Positions 51,390 to 63,810 of a stretch of 64,000 nucleotides of DNA are shown piece after piece. How positions within the stretch are numbered: the first letter of the stretch is position 1; each line of letters starts with the position of its first letter. Both the position numbers and the translations under genes were made by a program. This DNA is from Polymyxa betae A26-41 (lineage: Eukaryota > Protista > Endomyxa: Phytomyxea): contig RBZT01000680.1 in the NCBI GenBank assembly GCA_003693705.1, forward strand, positions 1 through 64,000. The letters run 5' to 3'. A model generated the notes under the pieces. The model was not told the origin of the DNA, ran no database searches, and saw nothing but the letters and a program-made list of their open reading frames with translations.

Positions 51390-51683
51390 CCAAGTAGCAA
51401 AAGACATAATTTCCATTCCAGGATCTTCAGTGTCTGTAGAGCGGATCTTCAACTGCAGTCGAGAGGAGATTGGGCTACGCCGGTTTTCTGTGAAGCCAGA
51501 CACTACGCGCATTAATTTTCGGAAAATGTGCTTTGAAGGCTGGAAAAAATTCAACATCATTTTTTCCCTTTTTTTCAAATTGTTTTGTTTCGGTACCGGT
51601 ACTACCGGTATCGGACCCGGGTTTTCCGGTCGGTACCGGTAAAATGGCGATACCCGACCCGTGAATACCCGATCGGAGCCCTA
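51390..51683 (+). mobile_element. 3' end fragment of a hAT element of the same family as 3687-4150
   Basis: VAKDIISIPGSSVSVERIF; terminus GATCGGAGCCCTA identical to the TIR at 3687; CGGTAC/CCGG subterminal repeats. Confidence 0.8.
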
Positions 51684-54037
51684 AATATTGCATCTACGGT
51701 CGTAATGGCCCATCACTTCAGAGATGAAGTACGACGCGATATCCGTGACCAAAATTTGCGGACTGCCAAACAGGACTCGCCATTCCATCAGCGCTTCCAC
51801 TGTTATCATGGCGTTCGGGGTATGTGCTGGGGTGATTTTGATCATACCTGTCAGGTCTTCTCTCAAAATCGGATTCCATTGATAATCATGGGATCCGCTT
51901 TGGGGTTCTGGCATTACATATATCTAATCCATATGCAGCACTTTATTACGCTGCATCCCATGAACGGCTTCTCCGAGTGGCCTTGGAATTCTGACTCCAC
52001 CTCTGGTTGGGAGGCAGTGTAAACAAAGTTTACACAATTTCCTCATATATTTTTCGCAACATTTCCACCGGCAGAATATTTTTTTGTCGCTGCTTTATAT
52101 CCCAGGTGGCCACTGTTTCCCCCGCTATGCGCAATAACACATAACCGCGTCTTCAGATCTTCAATCTGATCAGGAATTATAATCCTGCCATCCTTCACAC
52201 TTCAATCCTTCTGTATTAACTTTAATAAAATCTTCTGTATTGAGCCACTTACTTTGTTCACTTCTGATTTCTTCTAAGTTTGGCCATTTAAAATCTCTTT
52301 GCAACGGCCTCACTCTCATCTCTCGTACGGTGAGCTTCTCTGCCGTATCATGAAATGGATCTGGCGCTCCCCATCTAGTCATAAGGTCTGCCAAACATTT
52401 TGTTCACCACTGATATGTTCAATATCGTAATTAAAACGCTGGAATTCTAGCGCCCATCTCTGCAACTTTTGGGCAGTATGTTTTGATACTTCTTTTGGTG
52501 AAAAAATCTGGACAAGATTTTTGTGATCGACAAACAGTTTAAACGGTCTCTTCATTTGTAATAAATAGTCTAACTTCTGAATTGTGTCCTTTATAGCAAA
52601 TCCTTCTTTTTCTATTACGGACCATTTTAATTCGACTGCGTTAAACCTGTGCCCTACAAATACTAGGGGCTCATGTCTCTGCAGCTCGACTGGTTTCTCG
52701 GCGTCTTTTATCGGAATCTGCGTGACCATCCCCGATGCGTTATAATCATTGGCATCAGTGAACATGCACTGAATTCGGTCCTCTCGCGGAAACCCGAGCG
52801 TCCCACTCTGCGCAACGGCCATTTTTAACTTTTCAAATGCCAATGCGTGTTCAGGGCCCCATCCAAACTTCATAAATCAGACTTGCCGTGCTGCACTTTT
52901 CTTCCTGCTCGGCATTTTCTTCATGCATTCCTCAAATATTTGCTGAAGTTTATATACTTTGGAGTTAAATTCTGGAATTGATCGGCTCATCCACTGCACT
53001 GCCATTCAGAACTGTTGCAGATCCCTTACTGTCTTCGGTTGTGGAATATTGAGCAATGCTTCTATCCGTGCGGGATCATGCTCTACCCCTTCTGATGAGA
53101 ACACTCTTCCACAGAATTTTACTTTATTAGCGAACAGGTCGCCTTTTGTAACATTAAACTTGATGTTGGACTTCTTTGCTATTTTAAGGGTTTCTTCCAA
53201 ACTGTTNNNNNNNNNNNNNNNGATAATCAACTTCTTATACATCATGTCTTTGAACACTTCTGACATTCTAGCCTGAAATTGTTTCGCTGAGTTCAGCGCT
53301 CCTTGGATGGATCTGAAAGGGTATACCGGTAGACTCCTCTATCTGTCATAAAGGAGAGCATCTCCCTACAGTCTTCTGACAACTGCATCATCCAGAAACC
53401 TTTGAAAGCGTCCAGCTTGAACAATATCTTCGATCCAGCCAGGTGATTGACAATTGCTTCCATGAAAGGCATGGGTCAGACCGTACTTTCGCATAGAGCA
53501 TTAACTCCACTCAAGTCTACAGTCATTCTACGGCCTCCATCTGGTTTCTTCACTACCAATACAGGCGATGCCCATTTATTTCTTCTATTAGACCGTACTT
53601 CGATAGTTCATCAGTAAATCTCTTTCAGAAATTCACTATCTTCTGGGCTATACTTCCTAGCCTTGCACTTGTATGGTGCTACATTTTGCTTCAGTTGGGT
53701 AACGAATGGAGTAACCTGCAGGACGGTCTGGACCAAGACTTTTCCACCAATCGGATTTATATTTCCGTATCAATNNCAGGCAGTCCATTGTCTGCAGCTT
53801 TTTTCCTCATTTCATTTAGGCTGCATTCAATCTCAAGCGGACATATTGCCCCAATGCCAACTTCCTCATCTGCTGGGCTTATCCGCTGCGCAATTTCTTC
53901 ATTGCGTTCTTCTAAATCTTCTGTATTGTCCAAAGACGTCACTTCATCTTCGTCTTCTATATTATCAATAGGCCTATTTTCGNNNNCTTCAATAAATCTC
54001 CTCCTAAGAAGATTTCGTCACTGGGTGCATCCCAGAG
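51684..54037 (-). pseudogene. Ty3/Gypsy pol remnant (RT, RNase H, integrase); contains N gaps
   Basis: WASPVLVV; LDAFKGFW; FCGRVF; FTDAND; EKEGFAI; ADLMTRW; HHCC; LVTD; YxDD region masked by Ns at 53207-53221. Confidence 0.88.
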
Positions 54038-55043
54038 ATTGCTGGGAATTTGGCCTTCGGATTGGCCTTCTCCGCGCACTTATTCTTTGGCCTTCTAATT
54101 GGCCTTCTCCGATGCAATTGGCCTCCTGGATGGCCTTCTGGATGGCCTTCTCCAATGTAATTGGCCTTTTGGTTGGCCTTTGCGCAATTTTGTTGGTTTC
54201 CTTACTATAAATCACAGTTTCCGGGTATTGATAACTCTCCTTCTTTTGCAATCTGTATAGTACGGAATCTTGATTTTAATGATATAAAAGGTAAATGTAA
54301 CATCGTAGATCGTAGCAATTGTAAAATTTTCATCTCTCACAAATCCATGGAAGATTCTTCGCTTGAAGTCGATACCATTCGGGAAGTTTCGTCGCTGGAA
54401 GTCGGTACCGCTGGCCTAAAACTAATCCAATTACGAAAATAGTGCACTGGCATCCAGCAATAAGAGTCCTTTTTGCAAACTCACCGGGGAATAGACCGCT
54501 GAGATATTGTACGTTGTGCTTTGCGGGCAGAATTTGGTTGATTGGATATACGAGCAGTCTAGCACTGCGACCATTTTCTGGTCTAATTATTTGGTTGTTT
54601 CTCTCGCGCTATCAAAAATGAGCGAATTAAAATCTCACGGTTGATAACACAGTTGTACTCTGCGATCAGCTAAAAGGTCGTCGTTGACAAATTGGGCAAT
54701 CATTGGATCTTGCCTCAGCATTTCTTGGTAATCTTCAATGGACCGACAAAAATGGTCTGAAGCCCGTCACCCTTCTCCATTAATCTCCGACGGAATCAAT
54801 GTAAAGGTAGAAATTCTTCTCATGCGAGGGCCGCTTTCATGATAGAGTTTAATCTGACAAACATTTCGAATTTTGATAAATTACAGTGTTTACTTTTTTA
54901 GAGATCATACGGAGTTTTCTGGGGTGAGAACATCCCCGCTGCTCAAATTGAAGCATACATCGAAACCACGTTCTGCAATTTCATCAGTGCTATATACCTG
55001 GAAAGATTGGTTAACTCTCAAAACCCTAAAAACGCTAAACCCC

Positions 55044-55315
55044 CGCATAGTTTACTGCGTCCTACTGCTCGTAAAACTGCGTATCCCCTTCCTATCTTTT
55101 CTTAAATCTTTCTTTATTTTATTCTTCTGACGAATTCTATCGCGACCCCACAAATCATCGGTCTCCTTGATTCCACGGTGCCGCCACGGTCTTTACGCAA
55201 TAATACATTAAATTTCCATTCTCTCTATATTTTCCTTCTCGTTTCTAACGTCGTCCGAACAGCCGCAGTCGGCGGTTCGTGTCGTCGTCCCGACGTCAAC
55301 TGGAAAGTTGTCACA
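55044..55315 (+). repeat. 5' LTR (first 5 nt missing)
   Basis: Matches 60394-60666; ends TGTCACA. Confidence 0.9.
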
Positions 55316-55589
55316 TAGGCTGATTCGACGTTTCCTTCCAGAAGCGTTTTGGTGTTTGACAAAGACACATCGTTTTTCGTTTATTGTTTTCACTTTGGTT
55401 CCGTTATACCGCTACGTGTAACGTAAGTCTTCTATAATTCTGCAATACTGCGCCTCTTGCTTGGTCAGTGCTTTCATCACGCATTTTTTGGTTCCGTTAC
55501 TAGTACGTGTAACGTAATTCTGCTTCATTTCAGTCTTTTGAGTCTTTCCTATTTATCACTCAGCAGTGAATTTTGTTGTTTTCCTCAAC

Positions 55590-56697
55590 ATGAATCGTTT
55601 CCAATTTTCTCTCGTCACCACACCAAAGCCTTTTATTTATGATCGGCCGTCTATCATCTCGTTTCTTCAAGACTGGAGTCAGTACAAGTCCGACGTCGCT
55701 CGTCTTAATTCGTCTCTTTCCAATGAGACTTCTGTCCAATATTCGGCCGTCCCAATGCGCGATTGCATTGAACCATCGCTCCTATATACATTATGCGTTT
55801 ATGAGATGGGACTTGCCGAAAAGAAGGTTTCAATAGTTCCTGATGATGAACTGCAAATTCATCTGAAGTCGCAAGTTGATGAAGTTGTTGCTGTACCGGT
55901 TGATTCCAAACTGCTGTTCAAATCTCTTCGTTTTGTTCATTATGATGCTCCAATGCGTCCATGACATTTTCGGTCACTGTCACTCAATCATCGATTCCTA
56001 TGGGTTGGCTTCTCTCTTCGAGGCGTACTCAGACCTTCGGACAAAACAGATCGACGCTATTATTTCTGCTGTGTATCCGGAAGCTTTGCGTAACTCTCTC
56101 CGCAACCGCCTAAATTTGGACAAGATCGATCACCGATCTGATTTATCAAAATTGTTCAAATTTATGGTTGAGACGCTAAGAAGCTTCCGTCTTTTTAATC
56201 CTGTCCCGACCTCTGAGTCACCTCCTGCGATTACACTCCCTGGAACGATTCGGCCGTCCACGTCGTCTGTTGTCCGGGAACCGCGTCAGTTGCGCTGTTT
56301 CCACTGTAAAGAGTCTCATCACGTCAGGGATTGCCCGTCTTGTACCCCGGACGAGGCCGCGCGCCTTATGAGTGATTTCACTGCGCGCATCCGCACTACA
56401 GTTTCTTCTCCGGGCTCGAGATCCGGACCTTCCGCAGGCCCCGCTCCGGTGACCCCATCTCGGGGCTCTGCTCAGCATCGGTCTTTTGCATCGCCTACGC
56501 TTGCCTCCATGGCCTCGGCGCGGCCTCCCTTACGGTCTCCGTCTGGGAACTCGTCCCATTCTGCCTCTGGTGCCGCTTTCTCTAGCGGGACCAGCACGAC
56601 TGGTGCCCGCGTTAGTCGCGTCTCCGCCGATACGCATATTTCTTCATACTGGAATAAGCCTAAAGTTCCGGTTTCTCCATGTATTGAAGTCATTTAG
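55590..56697 (+). pseudogene. Gypsy gag with CCHC zinc knuckle
   Basis: CFHCKESHHVRDC; one frameshift. Confidence 0.85.
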
Positions 56698-56799
56698 AGT
56701 ACTCCGCTGAATTCTCCCTCTGATCCGCATACAGCTGACGTTCCCCGCGTTAATCAAGTTTCTCGGGATTGTATTATTCGAAATTGAGAAAATAACGTT

Positions 56800-59700
56800 G
56801 GTGCGCGTTTACACTCGGTTCAACTCGAGATCAATTCCCAGTTTTTCGAGTTTTCGGCCGCATTAGATGACGGCGCCGACATCACTCTAATGGGATCCAG
56901 CGTCTGGGATTCTATTGCAGACTCCGGCCTCATCACCGAGAATGTTCAAGTGCCCTTCAAGCTAGCTGACGGTTCTCCGGCCGTCGCGACACGCGTTGCT
57001 TCCGTCGATATGCATCTTCATACATTGGCTGGTCCCGTGATAGCTCGGGGTCAGCAAGTGTATATTGCTGACCTCACTTTACCTGATATCCTACTTGGTC
57101 GGCCGTTACTTCTGTCACTGGGTATCGACGTCGAGCAGCAGCTGTGTGATCTTGCTGTGAGACCAGATGACGCTCCTGCTGCGCAATCATTCGATGACCG
57201 TGATAGTTTCGGATGCTTTGAATGAGGCTGTCGCTGCAGCCTCATTTCATGCTCCACCTTCTTTAATTCATGAACTTAATGCTCTGCTTTTTGACTACAT
57301 CGATGTTTTTCGCGTTAAGTTAGGGTAGAAATCACGAGTTTTCGTGTGAAGATGAGCCCAAAAGTCACGGTTAAGAGCCTTGCGGGGTAACCTGGCTCAC
57401 TCTAGAGCTGCTGAGAATCGCTGCGCGGGGGAGGCAACGATCCTGACGGCGACAACTCGTTTCTACGTACGTGACTGCTGAGCAGCTGTAGCGTTCTTCA
57501 GTGGCAGTAGCTACGATCGCTGGAGACGGCGGAGCCCAATATTTCAGTTTGATTACGGATTATTAAATCCATCTTCTTCTTGGGCTTCTCCGGCATTTTG
57601 TGTGCCCAAACCTGGCTCTAATCGATCTTTGCGTTCCGTGTGCGACCTCCGTATACCGATCTCCATGATGAAACGCCTTTCGTACCCCCATGCCGCAATT
57701 GTTATCGTTAGGCAAATACCTGTCCGAATCGAGCTGTTTCTTCACTCTTGATGTTTTCAAAGGTTTTTGGCAGATTCCGATTGCTGGAGACATCGAAAGC
57801 CAGTCAATGCTGACCCCAATCGGCATCTTCACGCCCAATCGTCTTCCTCAGGGAACGTTAATTCAGTTTTTATTTTTCAACACGTTATGGACACAATTTT
57901 TCGGCCATCTTTGTCGTGCCGTGAATTGGTGATTTGGATCGATGATCTCTTCGGTCACGCTCCGGACCCGGCTTTTTTGCTTCACATTCTTCGAACAGTT
58001 TTGCAATTATGTCGCCAGTTTCGCCTGAAACTCAATGCTGCACGCTGTAAGTTTTTCCTTCGAGAGGCAAAGTGGTGCGGAAAGATACACTTCGAAGGCG
58101 GTTGGAATCATGACCCTGCTCGTACTGCGGCTCTTCAGTCAATGGATGAACCGCGAACTGCCGCTGATCTCATGCAGTTTCTCTGTGCATGTACATGGTT
58201 TAGCCCACATATTCCAGATTTCGCGCGCATTATCCAACCATTGCGTAACTTGCTGGAATCTCTACTTAAGCAAAGTAAAGACCGATCCAAGAATTCAGCA
58301 CGACGTGTTCTTATTTCGTCTGATCTCTGGGATGATTCGGTATCTTCTGCTTTTACTGATATGTTGACAGCTCTGAATCATTCTGTGGCTTTGTCACATC
58401 CTACAGCTGGGATGGAACGTTGTGAGTTTCACGATGCTTCTGGGGACTTTTGTTCTATTATTATCACTCAGGTGTCACCGGAAGAGCTATCAAAGCCTGT
58501 CGCGGACCAGCGTCACGAGCCACTTGCTTTCTACAGCAAACCATTTTCCGGCCCCGCTGCTCGCTGGTCTGTGCCCGAAAAAGAAGCTTACGGTCTGATT
58601 GAAGCTGTTGACCGTTTTGATTACCTTCTTCTTTTTGATCAACCTTTCCGAATTTTACCGATCACCGGAATTTAACTTGTATTTTTAATCCGCAATGCTC
58701 TTCTGTTCCTTCAAAGCGTCCTTCTATCTATAAGTTACATCGTTGGAGTTTACTTTTGAGCAGCCTGAACTATATTATTGAGCATATTCCCGGCCATCTC
58801 AATGTCTGGGCCGATATGTTGACTCAGTGGGCTGCGCCTCGCATAATTTCACCGGTCATCCGCCGCGCCATGAAGGTCCCGGTTGGGATCGTGCAGCCCC
58901 TCCAGTCTGCGGATTTTGTTTTCCCGCTTCTGAGCATATCATCGAAGCGCAGCAGGCCGCGTTCCCGGACCCCGCCGGCTTCCAAAGCGGCCCGCACTTC
59001 TTCTCTCTGAATTCTACTGGTGTTTTCATTTCGGGATCCGACATTGTCTGGATTCCTGATGATTCTTCTGAGCTTCAACTTCGTCTAATGATTGTCGCCC
59101 ATTGCGGCAGCGCTGGCCACCGCGGCTCTGTGGCAACATATGACGCACTTTCTTCCCGATTTTATTGGACTACTATGCGAATTGACCTTGACCTTTTTCT
59201 TCAACAGTGTTTACATTGCCTCTCGAATCGAAGCGGAGCTACGGTGCCAAGGCCGTTTGGTGCTAGTCTTGAACCGCAATTTCGAAATGCAGTTATTGAT
59301 TTTGACTATATCTGGGATCTTCTCGTGATGGATATGCACATCTCGTCGTCTGTGATCGACTATCGGGTTATTGCGATTTATTCCCCACTCCGACACCCAC
59401 TGCTCGTCGTACGGCAGAGTCACTTTTGGATTGGTTCTCCCGTTTTGGTATTGCTCCAATTTGGGTGAGCGATCGAGGCACACATTTCCTGAACCAGACA
59501 GTTGATGAGCTTTCTTCTTTATTAGGTGCCCGTCATCATTTTCATTTGGCCCACTGTCCTTGGACCCATGGTGCTGTTGAGAATTTAAATCGACAAATTT
59601 TGTCAATTTTTCGATCATTATGTTCCGAGTTCCGTCTTGATTTAAAAGATTGGCCTTTTTGTATTTCTCTGGTTCGGTTTGCTCTTAATCATTCGGTTTC

Positions 59701-60330
59701 GCCGAACACCAAGCTGGCTCCCATTGAACTTATGACTGGCCTCCCGCCGAGCTCCCCTCTGGATACAATCTGGCATCCTTTAAGGTCTGAGTTCGTTACG
59801 GTCCCTTTGTCTAGAGATCATCTAGACAATCTTGTGTCTGATTTGCGAAATTCTTTATCGCAGATGCATCGCCATACCCTGGAGATCCGTAATCAGGCGC
59901 ACTTTCGCGCCAATCGACGCCGTCGCGCACCTTTGGCGAACTTTGCCGTGGGCGATGTCGTGTTATATTCTTCCCACGGCCCTTCTTCTGAACTTTACCT
60001 TCAATGACGTGGTCCAGCACGCGTAGTTGAATGTCGTTCCGAACACATATATTGTATCGAAAACCTGATCACATTGGAGCGCTTTGAATGCCATGCTCAA
60101 CGCTTACTGTTTTACTGTGACTCTTCTTTAAATGTTACACAGGACCTGAAGGATCAGATCGCGTTTGACGACAACGGCTATGAAGTTGAATCTATTCTCG
60201 CTGCCAAACGTGACAAGCGTATTTGGAAAATCCTTGTTCGCTGGCGCGGCCTTTCTCCCGATTATGATTCCTAGGAGACTTTGTCATCCTTGAAACAAGA
60301 TGTCCCGTCCATTTGAAAAACTTGCTGAAA
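56800..60330 (+). pseudogene. Gypsy pol: protease, RT, RNase H, integrase, chromodomain
   Basis: ALDDGAD; WASPAF; LDVFKGFWQ; WIDD; FHDAS; EKEAY; AHC..GH..CLHC; VSDRG; AVE; YEVESIL..LVRWRG. Confidence 0.9.
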
Positions 60331-60388
60331 TCTTCCGGCCTTCCGGAGGCTGCGACTCTGCTGGAACTGCTTCCTCGGGAGAGGGAGA

Positions 60389-60666
60389 TGTGACGCATAT
60401 TTTACTGCGTCCTACTGCTCGTAAAACTGCGTATCCCCTTCCTACCTTTTCTTAAATCTTTCTTTATTTTTTTCTTCTGACGAATTCTATCACGACCCCA
60501 CTAATCATCGGTCTCCTTGATTCCACGGTGCCGCCACGGTCTTTACGCAATAATATATTCAATTTCCATTCTTTCTATATTTTCCTTCTCGTCTCTAAAC
60601 GTCGTCCGAACAGCCGCAGTCGGCGGTTCGTGTCGTCGTCCCGACGTCAACTGGAAAGTTGTCACA
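60389..60666 (+). repeat. 3' LTR
   Basis: TGTGAC...GTCACA, immediately after the PPT. Confidence 0.92.
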
Positions 60667-61908
60667 CCACATTACCTTGACTATCAGCCAATAAATCATC
60701 GGCTCTCGCACAATGTCTTGTTGAATCAGCATCAACAATGTCAGTCCTGTACGAATTGTCCAGTTGATTGTTTGGAATTACAGCAGCTACAACGGCAACA
60801 AATGATCAATCAGAAACGGATTCTTGAAAATTTCGAAATAGATTCAGATTTTAATATCACACGAATTAATCCATATTTTCTTCATATTCAGCTCCGAAAC
60901 CAGTCAACGATTGTAAAAATCCTACCGTTGCTTGCATGATCATTTGTCTCCTGGCTGGCGACGTCAGGATATGGGTATTCCGGATACCGTCGAACAAGGT
61001 GCGCTATCTCCATTATTCGAAAAGATTTCCTATGCAGACGGAGCACATTTGAATGAAAACCCGATATAAATCACCAGAAAAAACCCAGCTTTGAAACTCC
61101 CATCCCCAAACCAATGTATTGCAGAGCTCGATAGTTTGAACAAATTTCGCCTCGATTTGTCGTTTGTACTCTAGAACCAGTTCTAAAGGTCCCAACAATG
61201 CTGTTACTTAAGAAACGGAAGATATATCTCGTTGAATTCGAGCTATGTTCAGCATATCTGCATGTTTTAAGCACAGAACTAGAGGGTTTTCGCGAGACAA
61301 ATGAATTCCTATAACGTCAACATCATCGAAGCCGTTATTGGAAGAGCCAGCTCTAGTTACATGTCAGAAAAGCAATCCATTCTGTTTGGAAACGAATAAT
61401 ACCGTTGTGATTGGCATTGTCAGGCTGCAAGGTTAGATCAGGTACCTGGTCTCCTGCTGTGTTGGTTTGAATTGCTGTCGATAACTGTCCTGCCATTTCT
61501 AAAGCTTCCAACATATCTACACCCATGACTTAGATATCGATGAGAGCAGAGAGCAAATGATCCACGAATTTAAACCAGAAATATTATCTCAGTTAATCTC
61601 TGATCAGTGATCACTCCCTACCTGGAACTCAAATGAGATATGAAAATTTGTCAAAAAATGCAAACTATAATTTAAAACAAGCGATGTGTTAGTCAATTAC
61701 CGAATTCAGAATCACTGCCTTCATTGATGCCTATGACTGAATTTGTTGGTTCGGTTTGATAATCATCCTCACGATCATTTTATCCGCTACGTACATTCGC
61801 TAATACCAGGTTCCTGGATTGAAAAACATCGTCCTGAGTGCCCGAGGATTCCGTGCCTGAGAAAATTTTTATCAGCCACAACTAAATGTTGGTAGGAATC
61901 TCCAAAAA

Positions 61909-63181
61909 TCACAAACATAACGTTACCAGCTTCATCATTTGCTGCTTCTTCAACCGATTCTGAACCATCATGTGTTTCAAACGCGTTCCTGAAAACAAAA
62001 CTGTGTAATCGTTTGGAATTAATCCAATGTCAAACGTTGTCATTTCGGAATGTCTAGGCGCACGAGATGGCCCTCCCTGACAAGATTGATAGTCTTGAAA
62101 TTTCCGCTCGGCATGTTTTCGTAGTTTGAAAACGAAATCTTTCAGATTAGGATGATCGCGCCCGATCGCTTCTTTAAATTCGCGATTATACCTCTCCAGG
62201 GGATTGTTTGTCCGGTTGGCCAAACTGGTATTGCTCATCATAATCCGGTGAATGTTCCACTCATCCGGGGAGACTGCTTTCAGCCATTGCCGTTTAAAGT
62301 ATTTCCAAAACTGCTGCATTTTAGATTGGTGTTCAAAATCGAGATCGAATTTGAATTCTATATACGCAAGTCCAACCGTTTTAATTTCTTCAGGAGGAAT
62401 GATGGTTAATGTTTGTAGCATATCTGTTCGCATCAGTTGCCTTATTAGGCCTTCGTCGAATTTGTATTTGATTAACTTGGAACGAACAGCCTGTTTCCAG
62501 TGAAACAGACATCCAATTATCGAGGTGCTCTGACCAATTACGCCTAAGAAAAGTTTATAAACAGTCCCGACAACAAATAATAGGGTTAGGGTTTTATTTA
62601 CTCTTAATGGAGTTTATGAGTGCCCGCTCAAAATCGCAGTAAACTTGAGCCGGAACAATTTTTGTCCCGATGACAGTCTGGATTAGATTTAACATCCAGC
62701 AATATAAAAATGACGACTTCGCAGTCATTAACACGTAAAAAACAGGAATGTATAGATCTGTTGGACGATCACGGATCATAAGAATTACGATTTGAGAGTA
62801 CGGCTGCGGTGTAGGTTTAAACGTTGCATCTATAAACAGATGAACGTTTTCGTTTTTCATCAAATTATAAAGGCCGGGAACTCCCCAGCCTGTTAGCCTG
62901 TGCCGCTTTACCCCATCAAACACTGGAGTGCTGAATACCAGTAATGGTCCAGATCCGTCAGATAGTAGAGCCAGGTCGAGTTCCTCAACATCGCGCAGCC
63001 TATCTGCTCTTAAACCGCAACATTTGATATACCGGAACCGTTCCATAACTTCTTGTTTCTTCATCATCCGAATCGCCCTACCAGAATATGTTTCAGCAAT
63101 CATTGTTGATACTTGCTGCCAAGCATCAGTTGCAGTTCGGTGACGTTCTGTTGTTGCCATTCGATCCTCCATCAATTTCAT
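61909..63181 (-). CDS. MULE transposase core, two exons (63181-62602, 62543-61909); about 404 codons open after splicing; upstream Zn-finger-like exon(s) probable
   Basis: LFIDATF (D1), VYCDFE (D2), GCLFHWKQA (CxxH, in frame only after splicing), NNPLERYNR (E); upstream FRCSKR..TCPGSITV near 63320-63385. Confidence 0.75.
62544..62601 (-). other. Spliceosomal intron (58 nt, GT-AG)
   Basis: GTAAAT...CTTTTCTTAG; removal joins IKS-VIGQSTSIIGCLFH in frame. Confidence 0.8.
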
Positions 63182-63810
63182 CTAAAGTTCAAATCAAATC
63201 CAAAGACAGTTATTCAAAAGAAATATATCTCATCTGTCACATCCAAAACGTCTGCGGTTTGACGAACACAGGTTTGATTCTCGGGCAAGCATCCCCTTAG
63301 AACCGTGCCATCAGGATTTACAGTAATACTGCCTGGACATGTCGTTGAGCGTTCCAAAGTGGGACGTCGCTTACTGCAACGAAAAAACTTGTGTCAAGTT
63401 GATCCTGTCTTATTATAAGAGTAAGTAAAGTTTCAGATTGGGATAGAAGGATTAGTAACATTTCGCATATTGGAACGTTAAAAGGCAACCGCGTTATACA
63501 GATTAGCTTTGAAAAACGATCGGACGGGGTACAGATGAGTCTTGGGATATTTATTTGATAATTATAAAAGATGTCAGAAAATAGCTCAGGTATTGGAAAC
63601 AGAATAACGAATATCATGAGTCTACGCACAAGATGAATCGTCACAAAGAAGGCCAATTCGAAGGCCATTAATTGCGAGACTTCCATGGAAGGTCATTCCG
63701 AAGGCCATTGCCTCTGTCAGAAGGCCAATTAGAAGGCCATTGAAAAGGTGAGCACGGAAGGCCAATACGAAGGCGGAAGGCCATTCCGAAGGCCAATTTA
63801 CTTTCTTCCT

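Larger units (their letters stand above)
55044..60666 (+). mobile_element. Near full-length chromodomain Ty3/Gypsy LTR retrotransposon (decayed)
   Basis: Two LTRs with about 10 differences by eye; gag-PR-RT-RH-IN-chromo order; PPT GGGAGAGGGAGA. Confidence 0.92.
54038..63810 (-). mobile_element. MULE/Mutator element with repeat-built TIRs, carrying a nested Gypsy element
   Basis: TSD ATCCCAGAG(A) at 54029 and 63811; inverted arrays of (T)GGCCTTC at 54050-54180 and 63648-63800; excision restores Gypsy frame NRCLLWDAPSDEIFLG. Confidence 0.85.

Noticed and set aside
53207-53221. Missing YxDD motif in the minus-strand Gypsy RT
   Set aside because: The position is an N gap in the assembly, not evidence of loss.
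54050-54180. GGCCTTC repeat arrays (also 63648-63800) as a CRISPR-like array
   Set aside because: Units are only 7-11 bp with irregular spacing, there are no cas genes, and they are explained as the inverted TIRs of the MULE.
60990-61300. Possible SET or Ulp1 domain in the MULE cargo
   Set aside because: Only a vague Gly-rich motif; diagnostic residues not found.
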